A program made the translations under genes and the position numbers. From a virus (lineage: Duplodnaviria > Caudoviricetes): a stretch of DNA of 63,479 nt. The stretch is from positions 1 to 63,479 of IMG/VR virus record IMGVR_UViG_3300020461_000006; one strand, given 5' to 3'. Positions 10,535 to 20,631 of the stretch are shown piece after piece (position 1 is the stretch's first letter; each line of letters opens with the position of its first letter). The notes beneath the pieces are model-generated. The model was not told the origin of the DNA. It ran no database searches and saw nothing but the letters and a program-made list of their open reading frames with translations.

Positions 10535-10872
10535 CGGTTTAAGACCTTATTGAATACCTCGATTCCTTTTTCTGCTGACCACTTCTCAAGCGTGTCAGTT
10601 TCAACCACATAAACGTATGAGATCAAATCCATGTTGGCGGCTACAGCGATATCGTGCTCACTGAAGCCGTACACACCAAATGGATGAGAGTGGAAGATCG
10701 TGTCGGGAACGTACTTTAAATACGTTTCGGCATCGATTAAAAAGGCTTGCGTAGGCTCACTTGCCTTATTTTCGCATCTAATTGCTTTGCCTTCTTGGAC
10801 TACACCGCATACTTCCTCAGGACTGGCCTCTAGTGCAAGCTTGGCGATCTGTTGGTGAAGTCTTTTAGACAT
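10531..10872 (-). CDS. JAB/MPN domain tail assembly protein (gpK-like, no NlpC/P60 domain)
   Basis: PEEVCG...FHSHPxxxxxFSEHD JAB metal motif; located between L and I/J. Confidence 0.85.
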   Translation of the reverse strand: MSKRLHQQIAKLALEASPEEVCGVVQEGKAIRCENKASEPTQAFLIDAETYLKYVPDTIFHSHPFGVYGFSEHDIAVAANMDLISYVYVVETDTLEKWSAEKGIEVFNKVLNR

Positions 10873-11543
10873 CAGGTCTGAGCTGTTGGAAATCCTCCGT
10901 ACCGAAGATCGTCACCCTGTTTCCCAAAGTGCTTTTGACAAGCATCTAAGGTTTTTAAGCAACCGTCTCCTTCACCAGCTGTTGGTACATCAGGCCCGTC
11001 GTACTTACAGTCTGGTCCTCGATAAGCAAAGGGACAGAAGTTCGTGTAGAGACGACGCTTAGGAATGCTTAGACCTTCTACATCAAAGATGGAAGCAAGT
11101 TCGTAGCTAACACCTAGTTTTGTCTCCTCAATCTTGCGGTTGAAGTACCAAGTGTCAGGGCTGAAGTGGGCATTCTTATCAGGGGAAGGGCCTGGCGTGT
11201 TGCCGATCTTCAACAGGAATTTACCGTAAGTTCTTATCCGGATAAGCCTAAATCCGATGAGATCGTCAAAGTCTCGACTCAGGTCTGTCATTCCTCCATC
11301 GACGTTGGCAAATCGAACCTTTGGTGTTGGGAGCTTATTACTACCTGAAATTTCTACGCCAGCAAACTGGACAGGCGATGGGTTGTAAACCACCTCATCA
11401 TCCTTCTCGTTGACGTAAGTTACTGGGAGACCAGCGCTCTGCTCAGGACTAACAATGTTGATCCGTCCAAACAAATCACCCATGTGCGACCTTTCACCAG
11501 AAATGATGAATAGTGAGATTAGTGCGTCTTCCTTGAGTGTCAT
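10872..11543 (-). CDS. Minor tail protein L (lambda gpL-like)
   Basis: LPTPKVRFAN, RIRTYGKFL, YELASIFD, C-terminal CPFAYRGPDC...C...C...YGGFP Cys cluster. Confidence 0.9.
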   Translation of the reverse strand: MTLKEDALISLFIISGERSHMGDLFGRINIVSPEQSAGLPVTYVNEKDDEVVYNPSPVQFAGVEISGSNKLPTPKVRFANVDGGMTDLSRDFDDLIGFRLIRIRTYGKFLLKIGNTPGPSPDKNAHFSPDTWYFNRKIEETKLGVSYELASIFDVEGLSIPKRRLYTNFCPFAYRGPDCKYDGPDVPTAGEGDGCLKTLDACQKHFGKQGDDLRYGGFPTAQT

Positions 11544-12376
11544 TAGCTATACCCTCTTGCTTCCCTGATCACTTTGCCTTTTAGTTCTTTAATACGGTTA
11601 TAGCCTTTAAAACTATTTGTCAGTCCGTCCCACGGTCTATCCTCAGGAGGGACATTTTCGCTATAGATATCTGTGTCAACACCACCACCCGTGTAGTTGT
11701 TGTAGGTGTTTAGCTCGCTTTGATAAGTGTCCCAATGAGGTTTGACTTGGGCGTTCCAGAGAGAACCTACAAGTCGCTTCATATGAGCGATCCGGCCATT
11801 CATTTTGTTGTTGCTTTTGTATCTTGTAGGTAATTCGCCAAATCCAACGAAATAAGTCTCGCTGTTTCCAAACCTATCGTCATTGAAAGAATCAGAACTG
11901 CCTTTGGTTTTAAAAAAATCTACATTGTCGTAAAGCAGATCAACCTCTTTATATCCTGTGCCGGGATTATAGAGAATAAACTTCTGTTCATTGTTTCCAT
12001 AACCGTCAGTCGCGTCAGGATTATCGATCCTATCGGCTAACTTGTCTGGAAGGAGGATATAGAAACTATCGACGTCTACGCCAGAACTATCTTCGGTGTT
12101 ATCTGTCTCGTCGCTAGTATTCTTTTCGTCGTTGTTGGCTCTGTTGAACTCGTCTAGGTAATCCCATGGATCGTTGCCTAAAAGATTGTCGTATGCTTTT
12201 TCGACATCGTTCTTGCTCTTATTTCCAACGCCTGGGTATTCAGACAACTCAGCAGCCCGGTTAACGTAAAACTTACGCTCCTCATCCTGAAAATCCCTAA
12301 TAGCTTCAGACAACGCCGCGTAATTAGGCGCAACAAGGCTGAGTGTTGACTTGTTTATAACGTTTCGGCGTCCCAT
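11543..12376 (-). CDS. Hypothetical acidic protein between gpM and gpL homologues
   Basis: 277 aa Asp/Asn-rich ORF coupled to both neighbours. Confidence 0.65.
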   Translation of the reverse strand: MGRRNVINKSTLSLVAPNYAALSEAIRDFQDEERKFYVNRAAELSEYPGVGNKSKNDVEKAYDNLLGNDPWDYLDEFNRANNDEKNTSDETDNTEDSSGVDVDSFYILLPDKLADRIDNPDATDGYGNNEQKFILYNPGTGYKEVDLLYDNVDFFKTKGSSDSFNDDRFGNSETYFVGFGELPTRYKSNNKMNGRIAHMKRLVGSLWNAQVKPHWDTYQSELNTYNNYTGGGVDTDIYSENVPPEDRPWDGLTNSFKGYNRIKELKGKVIREARGYS

Positions 12377-12762
12377 TAGTTTGCGTTGGCCTCGATCAGG
12401 GTGAACTGAAAGATCTCATATGACTCTCTTTGCGTCGTAGCTCTTGCCGCACTTGCTTGGACTAAATATTGCCTTACATAACTACTGTCTTTAAGTCTAT
12501 ATCGACGCTGAATGTTGGAATAAGGTTCCAGAGTACAAAGCAGGTAGTCTCCTATAGCTGCATTATCTAATGCAGTTCGCATTGTTGTGGCATCAGCCAC
12601 TTTCAGCGGCCTTGTTGTGATGTCGTACTCAACCATCCGAGAATTGACACCATCTGCAGCAATCTGCTCATAGCCATCACCAAATCCAAATCTACGCACG
12701 CGGTGTGACATGCGCTCTTGGACGGTATTGACAAGATCGATCCCAAAATTAACGTCGGCCAT
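12376..12762 (-). CDS. Minor (distal) tail protein M (lambda gpM-like)
   Basis: FGDGYEQIAADGVN signature; follows tape measure. Confidence 0.85.
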   Translation of the reverse strand: MADVNFGIDLVNTVQERMSHRVRRFGFGDGYEQIAADGVNSRMVEYDITTRPLKVADATTMRTALDNAAIGDYLLCTLEPYSNIQRRYRLKDSSYVRQYLVQASAARATTQRESYEIFQFTLIEANAN

Positions 12763-15700
12763 TGTGCAGCATTCCGCCTGATCTTCTTTCTTCCATGATG
12801 ACCCGTTTTACCGCAACATCGATGGCTTTGCCGAGTTTACCGGCATCATCACCTGACATTTCAGTATTAGAACCACCAGATTGATCAACATTGACTGTCA
12901 CGTTTGAAGTGACATCACCACCCATCTTTCCGCCCTTGCCAAAATCGACTGGGATGGCTTTGCCGTTGGGAAGAGGAACAACAGCTTCGTTCATTCCACC
13001 TTCGCCGATCATTGCGGCAGTAGGGCCTGTGACAATTCCGCCCTTAGCGAACTGACGAATACCGAAGTTGGGACCGAATGTTCCAAAGCCTTGTCCCATG
13101 GAGTTCTGCATGACGCCGCCACCTGAACCGATGCCAACCCCACTGGGCATTGATACTCCTTCGCCAATGCCTGCACCGCCGAAGAAAGAGCCACCTCCTC
13201 CGAACAAGTTCAGCAGTGTCTTAAAGACCAGCATCTTGATCATGTCGGCGATGATCTTCTGCGCCATCTGCATGAAGGAATCAGCGATGCCCTGGAACAT
13301 ATTGCCCAGGACTTCCTGCACAGATGCTGAGCCAGAGAGGATGTCCGCGAAACCTTGTGTGAAGGCTGTGCTGATGGCATTACCTACACCACCTGCAACC
13401 TCTCCGAGCATCTGGAAACGTTCCAGCATCGCGTCCATTTCTGCCTGACGCTCTGCGTTGAAGAGTTCTGCATTTTTAAATTCCTCGAACGCTTTGGCGA
13501 CAGACTCAGACATTTCGCCATCCCCTTCCTGGAGCAGCTGCGCACGCCGTGACTCAATCCGGCCTTGAGCAAGAATCTCGTTCTGCCTGTATTTATCGAA
13601 CTCCATACCAGCTGCCATCTGGGCGTTGCCCATGATGAGGTTCTGATCAGTGCGGAGTGTTCCTGACTTGGCATCACGCTGAAGAGACTGAATCTGGTTC
13701 GCTTGCTTCAGCAGTTCATTGGCCTTGATACGAAGAGCTGCTTCCTCTTTGAGCTGTTCGAGAATGCCACCAGCGCCGTTGTAACGCTCTTGGATAGCTG
13801 CAACGACTGCGTTGTATTCGTCTGCTTCGATCTCTCCACGTTTAAACGCAGCTTGAAGGCCTTCAACAGCTTCTCCAACCTCACGCTGCATGATCAGGTT
13901 CTTTGCTGTGGCATCAGCGTTGGCGCGTGCAGTCTCAGGATCGAGGCCTTTACCAAGTTCATCGAGCATTGCAGCAGCTTTAATTGCTGAATCCTTCAGC
14001 TGCTCCAGGGGAACGTTGGGCAGGAGGCTGGTGACGATGCGGTCAAGGTTGTCCTTGTTAGTCAGATCCTGTCCCGCTGCTCGGACAAAATTGATCTGAG
14101 CCTGAATACCTTGTGCTGCACGCTTAGCTGAAGCGAAACCATCGGCGCTTGCAAGACCTAAGTCAGCAGATTGGACAGTCTGCGTAGGTTTATCTAGATC
14201 GGGGATATTTAATTTGGCTTCCTCAGCTTCTTTTCTCTTACCTGCGAGTTGTTGCTCTTTGATCGCCATCTCCAAGCCTTTCTTCTTCAGCTCGGCGATT
14301 TTGCGCTCAATATCAAATCGGTAGTTAGCAATTTGCTTCTCAACATCAGCATTCGCGATGATCAGCTCTTGCTCAGCAGACTTAATTGCCAATTCACCTC
14401 GCTTCTTCTCGGAAATGAACGTGTTCAACGCTTGCAGGGCTGCTGCAGATGCGCCCTCCTCACCTTCGATGAGCTTCCGGTTACGGCGCTCCATCATGCG
14501 GATCTTGATCTGCTCCTGAGCTTGGAACAGTTCGAGGTTCTTTCTCGCTAGATCCTGTTGTGCCTGGAACTCACGGTTCGCGGCCTGATGATTAAAGTCA
14601 GTTCTAGCTTTTGCCAGAGACTCTTCAAGCTTTCCGTACTCCTTGCGGCGTGTTGTGATGTCTTCAGCAAGACGTTCCCTATCCTTCGTCTTTCCGTATT
14701 CAGTAATAGCATCTAGATAGGCCTTTTCAGCAATCAACCTCTTACCTGTTATCCGTTGAATCTGGTTATCTATCTCAACCAACTGAGCCTTACTAATTTC
14801 TCCTAAGACCGGGATATTGGCTTGATCTTTGATCTGTTTTTGATTCTTAATAAGCTGAGCTAACTCAGCATCTAAATCGGTATAGGCTTTTTTAAGTTTG
14901 TTGATACCAGCTTGCGCTTTAGCATCAGCGATTTCCTTCATCGCTTTCTGTGCTGCCGATGAGTTCTCATCAACATCAGCGAATGTTGTGTTTAGATCAA
15001 CAAGCGCATCGTTCATGCTGTTGATCGCAGCAGCATGCTTTTGAGCCCTCTGGAATCGTGCAAATGCCTCAACAAGACCTGCAACAGCAAGTTGTGCAGC
15101 AAGCAGGATGATGTTGAACTTCAGCACGTTCAGCATCAAGCCTTTTATGCCAGTTCCAAGTACAGCTGCACCACCGCCAGCGGTTGCCATTCCTGCGCCT
15201 GCCTTCGATGCAGCTCCTCCTGCAAGGTTTAGTTGCGTTATCAACGCAGTCATCTGAGGATTGACGATTCCCAACCGCTGCGCCACAGCAGTCAGCGCTG
15301 TAGCAAACGCCTGCATTGCTGCTCCAGCGAAGCCTGCAGCTGAAGCGAACGCCTTGCCCATGAACGCCATGACGCCGACCACAGCGGCCTTGAGCTTTGC
15401 GAAGCCTGCAATCAAGAACCCTGACGTGAGGGCGACCTTGACTAGAGCCCCTACACCGATCGTCTCTAAGAGTTTGAACTGTCCAACAATCGAGGCGAAG
15501 TACTCAACGACAGGTGTCTGGAGTAGTGAGCCGTAGATACCAAGAAGTCCCGCAAACCCATCGACTACAGGCTGCAACGCATATGCAAGAGCCGTGACTG
15601 TCTCTAACAGGCTCTTGAAGACTTCGACATTGAGGCTGGCAAAACCAACTGCCAGGTTTTTGAGTCCGGTTCCGACCTTGGCAAAGGTGCGAACAACCAG

Positions 15701-17008
15701 CAGGACAAGCTGGGAGAAGGTGGTCTGGACATCAGCCGCCAACAACGCGATGGATTGGCTTAAAGAATCGATCTGCGCTTTTGCTGCTTGAGCGGCCTGA
15801 GTACCCCCACCGCCACCACTTTGTTGGGCCTGTCCTCTGACACCGCCTCCAATGATTTGTGAAGCGCCTGCAAGTGCAGTACCAAGACCTGACGCAGCTC
15901 CTAGGGCTTCATCCTTGATGCCGACCAGTAAGTCGTAGACAACTGTCAGCCCGTCGATGAGCGGTTGGACAAGGGGTTTACCGAAGGCTTCACCTGTTAG
16001 CTCAACGAAGTCCCTGAGGTTTGAGGCGACACCACTAAAGCTCCGAGCAGCGAGCTGCTGACCAGCGACTGCGGTAGCCAGCTTTGAGTTCAGGAACCCA
16101 ATGACGCCTTCAGTGCTCTGCTTGGCCTTCTTGACATCCTCGTTGGTGATACCTAAAGCTTTTGCTAGGTAAGAGTCAGTCGTGATATCACCGCGCAGGA
16201 TCGAGCCGATCTCCTGTCGTGCCTGATAAAGCGGGATACCAAACGTACCCAGTGCTCCTGCGAAGGAGATGGCAAGGTCTTCAGCATCTTGAAGGCTGCC
16301 CCCGATCTGACCCACCTGCTGGGCCACCATCCCGAAGACTTCGATGACCTCTTGACTGGTGACACCTGCCAAATCAAGGGAACGTTGGCGGATGCTGTCG
16401 ATGCGCTTTTCGATCGTTCCCGTGAGGGCGACGATTGCTTCGTATGGCTCGGTAATTACCTCCCCATTACGCAGCACATCATTAGTAGATGCCAGTGCGG
16501 TCTGGGTTTTTAAAATGCTTTCCTGAAGCCTTACAGCCTCACCAACAGTGCCACTAAACAAGCCGCCAAAAGCTTGTTGGAGGACACCTGTGATTTGCTG
16601 AATGCCATAGAGCGCAAAGCCGACCTTTGCGAGGCTATTGACTATTCCTACAGCGCTACCAGCAAGGCCGTCAAATGACCTCTGAAGAAGTTGCCCTGGT
16701 TTACGCGCATCGTTTAATGCCCCTCCAATCTGCTTAGTCTTCTTGACAAGGATCTCTGCAGACTCGATCTCATCATCAAAGACGCCTTCCATCTTGGCGA
16801 CCTTGAAGGCAGCCTTTGCTGTATCACCAACAGTGGCTAGATCGCGTTTAAAATCACGAATACTATTCCGTGCCTTCTCGACAGAGAAGTCAATATCTCT
16901 TTTCTTGCTACTGACCTTGTCGGCTTGTTTGCCGATGTCATTGATGTCTCTGCTCGCCCGATTGGTCTCGGCGTTAATAAATAGAGTTAGGTCGCCGAGA
17001 GATGCCAC
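12749..17008 (-). CDS. Tape measure protein
   Basis: 1419 aa, Ala/Gly-rich helical with hydrophobic middle; C-terminal FAKGGIVTGPT..IGEGG..EAVVPL; follows chaperone genes. Confidence 0.95.
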   Translation of the reverse strand: MASLGDLTLFINAETNRASRDINDIGKQADKVSSKKRDIDFSVEKARNSIRDFKRDLATVGDTAKAAFKVAKMEGVFDDEIESAEILVKKTKQIGGALNDARKPGQLLQRSFDGLAGSAVGIVNSLAKVGFALYGIQQITGVLQQAFGGLFSGTVGEAVRLQESILKTQTALASTNDVLRNGEVITEPYEAIVALTGTIEKRIDSIRQRSLDLAGVTSQEVIEVFGMVAQQVGQIGGSLQDAEDLAISFAGALGTFGIPLYQARQEIGSILRGDITTDSYLAKALGITNEDVKKAKQSTEGVIGFLNSKLATAVAGQQLAARSFSGVASNLRDFVELTGEAFGKPLVQPLIDGLTVVYDLLVGIKDEALGAASGLGTALAGASQIIGGGVRGQAQQSGGGGGTQAAQAAKAQIDSLSQSIALLAADVQTTFSQLVLLVVRTFAKVGTGLKNLAVGFASLNVEVFKSLLETVTALAYALQPVVDGFAGLLGIYGSLLQTPVVEYFASIVGQFKLLETIGVGALVKVALTSGFLIAGFAKLKAAVVGVMAFMGKAFASAAGFAGAAMQAFATALTAVAQRLGIVNPQMTALITQLNLAGGAASKAGAGMATAGGGAAVLGTGIKGLMLNVLKFNIILLAAQLAVAGLVEAFARFQRAQKHAAAINSMNDALVDLNTTFADVDENSSAAQKAMKEIADAKAQAGINKLKKAYTDLDAELAQLIKNQKQIKDQANIPVLGEISKAQLVEIDNQIQRITGKRLIAEKAYLDAITEYGKTKDRERLAEDITTRRKEYGKLEESLAKARTDFNHQAANREFQAQQDLARKNLELFQAQEQIKIRMMERRNRKLIEGEEGASAAALQALNTFISEKKRGELAIKSAEQELIIANADVEKQIANYRFDIERKIAELKKKGLEMAIKEQQLAGKRKEAEEAKLNIPDLDKPTQTVQSADLGLASADGFASAKRAAQGIQAQINFVRAAGQDLTNKDNLDRIVTSLLPNVPLEQLKDSAIKAAAMLDELGKGLDPETARANADATAKNLIMQREVGEAVEGLQAAFKRGEIEADEYNAVVAAIQERYNGAGGILEQLKEEAALRIKANELLKQANQIQSLQRDAKSGTLRTDQNLIMGNAQMAAGMEFDKYRQNEILAQGRIESRRAQLLQEGDGEMSESVAKAFEEFKNAELFNAERQAEMDAMLERFQMLGEVAGGVGNAISTAFTQGFADILSGSASVQEVLGNMFQGIADSFMQMAQKIIADMIKMLVFKTLLNLFGGGGSFFGGAGIGEGVSMPSGVGIGSGGGVMQNSMGQGFGTFGPNFGIRQFAKGGIVTGPTAAMIGEGGMNEAVVPLPNGKAIPVDFGKGGKMGGDVTSNVTVNVDQSGGSNTEMSGDDAGKLGKAIDVAVKRVIMEERRSGGMLHNGRR

Positions 17009-17011
17009 AGT

Positions 17012-17943
17012 TTATCCAGGAGTTAAATATGGACTTAGAGCAGCAACAACGTGCGTTGGAATACGCCTACTCCTTACCAGTTTAGACAAGATCTCACGCG
17101 TAAGATCATCGTCAGTATCATTGTCTGATTCAAGCTCAAAGGGAAGAAGATTCTCCAACTTCACTTTTACCTTCTCCTTGCTACCTGCCATTGCAGAAGC
17201 AGTTTGAAGCACGATGTGAGCAAGCTTGGCAGTTGATATTGACGAGATGTTGGCTTGCCGCTTTTCTTCCTCAGCCCATTTCTGCAGGATGAACCTGATT
17301 TCCTTGATTGGAGTACGCAAAAAAGTTTGCCTGGTGTACTCCTGGCCTAAGGGTGAGTACTTGAGCCTTAAATACAGGTCAGACAGCTCCAGGGGAGTTG
17401 TTTTTAAATACGAGCGATATGACGCCAGTAACTCTTCTGGGTCTTGTTCGCTCGGAGTTACTTTCCCTCTTCAGGCCAGCCGTTACGTTCCCAGTTGATG
17501 AACTCGAAAATGTCGTTCAACAATTTACTGGGGATCGTCAGGGTGTCTTCCCGACTCCAATCAGCAACGGTTTCCCACTTGTCACCTTGCTTGATCTCCC
17601 CACGGAAGCGGAGGAACAGCGTGGTCATCTCGATCTGTTGTTCAGCAACCGTCGCAGATTCCTTTTGAATCTCCGCCAGCTCCTCTGCATACTCATAGAG
17701 CACTTCGTTATCGCTGTCAGATTCCGACAGCATCTCCAATGCAGCCTTAACAGAGATCTTTTTCTTTTTGGAGACCGCCTTAGCAATCTTGAGCAGTGTG
17801 TAAGTATTTTGCGCTTGCTTACGCGCAATACTCTCAACACCCTCAGCCTCACCAGCCACTAGATCCTCATAGATGGGGAAGCGGAAGGGAAGAATGTCGT
17901 AATACTCTTTTTCCTGGAAGAAAAGCTTTGAATACTTGCTCAT
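17012..17943 (-). CDS. Tail assembly chaperone GT (-1 frameshift product)
   Basis: G GGA AAG directly before the G stop; the -1 frame is open (VTPSEQDPEELL...) and continues into ORF 17012-17320. Confidence 0.85.
17458..17943 (-). CDS. Tail assembly chaperone G
   Basis: Between tail tube and tape measure; ends ...WPEEGK* at slippery site. Confidence 0.85.
   Translation of the reverse strand: MSKYSKLFFQEKEYYDILPFRFPIYEDLVAGEAEGVESIARKQAQNTYTLLKIAKAVSKKKKISVKAALEMLSESDSDNEVLYEYAEELAEIQKESATVAEQQIEMTTLFLRFRGEIKQGDKWETVADWSREDTLTIPSKLLNDIFEFINWERNGWPEEGK
17461..17467 (-). other. -1 ribosomal frameshift site GGGAAAG
   Basis: Same heptamer as lambda G/GT, in the equivalent position. Confidence 0.85.
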
Positions 17944-18170
17944 CAATCTACTAAAAATGACATTTCAACAGCCACCATTTCTGTTGGCTGATTAACGGCA
18001 TCTAATGGAAGCGTCAAGGACAACTTACCACCTTCTTCAGTTAGGAGTGTCATCGGTGAAGACGACAAAGGGGCGATGTAAACCGCCCCTACCTCTAGAT
18101 AATCGTGATCTTGTCGGCAATTGATGAAGTATGAACGCTTGTCTTCGGAGACCAGCAGTTCGTGAGTCAT
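17943..18170 (-). CDS. Hypothetical protein
   Basis: Short ORF with TGATG overlaps at both ends. Confidence 0.6.
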   Translation of the reverse strand: MTHELLVSEDKRSYFINCRQDHDYLEVGAVYIAPLSSSPMTLLTEEGGKLSLTLPLDAVNQPTEMVAVEMSFLVD

Positions 18171-18742
18171 CAATACACAGACAGAGCGGAGGTGTTGTTG
18201 TCGAAGGTGCCTGCCCAGATCTCGCCTCGGGACTGGAAGGTCCAGGAATATTCGATCAAACCGTCAGAAGGAGCAGCCTCAGACACGTTGACCACAGAAC
18301 CCTGGAATGCACGGCAGTGATACAGGTACTTACTGTTGGAATCGATGCCTAAGAAGGTGAACATCTCAACCCAGATCTCAACGTCAGGGTCAGATTCTGC
18401 GTTCAGCACCAGCTGAAGACCGTCGTCGACGTCAGCTTGAGGAACACCGCTGGCGTCCAGGCTGTTAATAAAGAATGCAGAGCAAGCCAGCTCACCAGCC
18501 TGGGTAACACCCACGGAATCTCGCCAGCCGCTATCGCCTAAGAGGAAGAATTCTTGGGAGTTAGGTGCGGGAGTGAACTCAGCTCGGGTTGCACCCTTAA
18601 GGAACTTGTATGCGCTCAGTCCGGTAGGCAGAGTGATTGCGCCGCCGGAAAGTGTGCAGGATTTACGGGTACCGCCGGGGTCATGGATCCGCACGATGCG
18701 GTCACGCCCCTTAGCAAAAGCACCACCAGGAAGATTAGCCAT
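18170..18742 (-). CDS. Major tail (tube) protein
   Basis: 190 aa; EFFLLGDSGWRDSV and C-terminal GLIEYSWTFQSRG typical of siphovirus tubes; synteny. Confidence 0.75.
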   Translation of the reverse strand: MANLPGGAFAKGRDRIVRIHDPGGTRKSCTLSGGAITLPTGLSAYKFLKGATRAEFTPAPNSQEFFLLGDSGWRDSVGVTQAGELACSAFFINSLDASGVPQADVDDGLQLVLNAESDPDVEIWVEMFTFLGIDSNSKYLYHCRAFQGSVVNVSEAAPSDGLIEYSWTFQSRGEIWAGTFDNNTSALSVY

Positions 18743-19143
18743 TAGCTTCTCTCAGGTTGAATTGAATAATCGGGGATAAACACTTTCAGTGTTTCGAAGG
18801 AGATGTCAGTCTGAGCTACATGCACAGGATCCTGAATATCAGGGAACCACTGAAAGAGAAGCTCGCGCACCTCGGCTAATGTTTCAGCCGTGTCGTAGCT
18901 GGTGAGATAGATCGGCCAACGGACGTCTAAAACAACTGCTTGGGACAAGGTGGGCCTGTTCGCCATTTCAGGGACTTCATCAATGACACATTCGATGCCG
19001 CTGATTGTCCAATCCTTGGGAACTTGCTGCTGACCCCGTACCCAAAGGGCGGGGGACGTAGATCCATCTGGGAGGTTGTAATAACCTAATTTGGACCCAA
19101 TTGCTGAGTTAATTAAACCGCGTATTTGGGATACACTAGCCAC
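18742..19143 (-). CDS. Putative tail terminator protein
   Basis: Size and position directly upstream of tail tube. Confidence 0.5.
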   Translation of the reverse strand: MASVSQIRGLINSAIGSKLGYYNLPDGSTSPALWVRGQQQVPKDWTISGIECVIDEVPEMANRPTLSQAVVLDVRWPIYLTSYDTAETLAEVRELLFQWFPDIQDPVHVAQTDISFETLKVFIPDYSIQPERS

Positions 19144-19507
19144 TTAACTCTCTCCTAAGTATAGTCTCAAAGTAACTTTTAGCGTCCACGTTTTCTAGTG
19201 CAGTGCGTGTCCACGGCCTAGCAGGCCATTCACCACCGCCCTTTAGCTTTGTGCCTTCGTGTACTTGGGCTGCGTATTCAACAGGCCACGAAAACTCAAA
19301 CTCTGTATCTGAAACGCGGCGCACAGTTTGACTTGCACGAAGACGGCCCGTATCGACGATGTCGCGTGTCCGGCCATCTACCCAATTCCATTTATCAGAT
19401 GAGATTTCGCTTGTATATTCAGCCGATAATCGGTTTACAAGCTGTTGGGTCGCTTTAGCTACTGCTTTATCGAAGACAGAAGTATCTAGCTTCTTTGGTG
19501 TTGCCAT
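19136..19507 (-). CDS. HK97 gp10-like tail completion/neck protein
   Basis: VDTGRLRAS...YAAQVHEGT...PARPW motifs. Confidence 0.8.
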   Translation of the reverse strand: MATPKKLDTSVFDKAVAKATQQLVNRLSAEYTSEISSDKWNWVDGRTRDIVDTGRLRASQTVRRVSDTEFEFSWPVEYAAQVHEGTKLKGGGEWPARPWTRTALENVDAKSYFETILRRELSG

Positions 19508-19509
19508 CT

Positions 19510-19887
19510 TTAACCTGCCTTGCCATTTTGCTCAAATACACCCGTAAACTCCTGAAAGAGTGTGCTGCGTGCATAAGTAAGCGTGTTGCTGCCTAGATCA
19601 GTAAGACGAATAGTCCCACTAATACCATTGACGGTGCAGCTGGCAACGCTTCCAACTTTGACCTTGGCGCTAAATGTAGTTGGTGAGAGTAAACGGCCCT
19701 TACAGACCATCTCGTTTTCATCAACGCCTGGTTTTTGATCAGACTTATTTGGCTGTAACTGGATATTTGCTGTGTAATTCTCAGTCGAATTGACAGGTAC
19801 TCGGTTACCAGTCTTCGAGTCAACAGCAAATGTGCTGTAGACCTTGAAGGCTAGAGAAGCATTGTCATAGGGTGCAAATGCTCCCAT
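19510..19887 (-). CDS. Putative head closure protein
   Basis: Synteny between adaptor and gp10-like gene; ~125 aa beta protein. Confidence 0.5.
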   Translation of the reverse strand: MGAFAPYDNASLAFKVYSTFAVDSKTGNRVPVNSTENYTANIQLQPNKSDQKPGVDENEMVCKGRLLSPTTFSAKVKVGSVASCTVNGISGTIRLTDLGSNTLTYARSTLFQEFTGVFEQNGKAG

Positions 19888-20195
19888 CAATATGCAAATC
19901 CGGTGGTTTCCGCTAATCCTTGTTGCATCAGCTCATAGATATACCCGTAATTAGTCGCTTTAAAGCCGTCCCCAGAGTTACCCCCAGAGACGGCTCCAAC
20001 TTGTTGACCAATTGCTTGGGTACGAAGCGTCAGCATGTGGGCGGTCAGATAGTTGACCGCGTCGTCGTGCTTGTCTCCCCACAAGTCACTGTCACACTGA
20101 CGTCCAGCTTCAGCGACGGTTGCCGTCACCACAGAAGTTTCGATATTCCCAAACTCAGGAAACCGAGCAACAAATGTGGTGGCGGTAACTGCCAT
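19887..20195 (-). CDS. Head-tail adaptor (DUF4054-like)
   Basis: FVARFPEF...YLTAHML...TNYG..Y pattern. Confidence 0.8.
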   Translation of the reverse strand: MAVTATTFVARFPEFGNIETSVVTATVAEAGRQCDSDLWGDKHDDAVNYLTAHMLTLRTQAIGQQVGAVSGGNSGDGFKATNYGYIYELMQQGLAETTGFAY

Positions 20196-20608
20196 CAGCC
20201 TTCCCCTTCAGTAATCGCCTTAATGCGTTTTGCGATGGCGTTCTTGATGCGGATTCGGTTCTCGGCATAGTCCCACTCTTTGAGAAGGTCCAAGTCGAAG
20301 GTGCCGTTGATCGCGCTAAGAGCCTCTTTGACAGGCATGGTTTCAAGGCCACCAGACACCTGACCTGCAGGTGTCGTGACAACCTCGACGTCCTCCTGGA
20401 CTTGGAGGGCACCGAGCGTAAGGAGTTCGCCCACCAGGGGCATTTCCTTGATCTTCTCCCAATCAGAGGCAGAAACGTCGCGATTGACGCCTGACTTGAG
20501 AAGGTAGCGCTTGGTGACACCCGCTTTTTCTCCGATGATGGAGAAGCCGAGGGTGACCTCCTTGTCCCGTGGGGGATTTTCCAGCTGAGGGGTGTAGGTA
20601 ATGATCAT
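20195..20608 (-). CDS. Hypothetical head-associated protein
   Basis: Follows capsid gene; short helical C-terminus DLLKEW..ENRIRIKNAIAKRI. Confidence 0.6.
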   Translation of the reverse strand: MIITYTPQLENPPRDKEVTLGFSIIGEKAGVTKRYLLKSGVNRDVSASDWEKIKEMPLVGELLTLGALQVQEDVEVVTTPAGQVSGGLETMPVKEALSAINGTFDLDLLKEWDYAENRIRIKNAIAKRIKAITEGEG

Positions 20609-20631
20609 GTTTTCTGATTAGGTCTTAGTTA

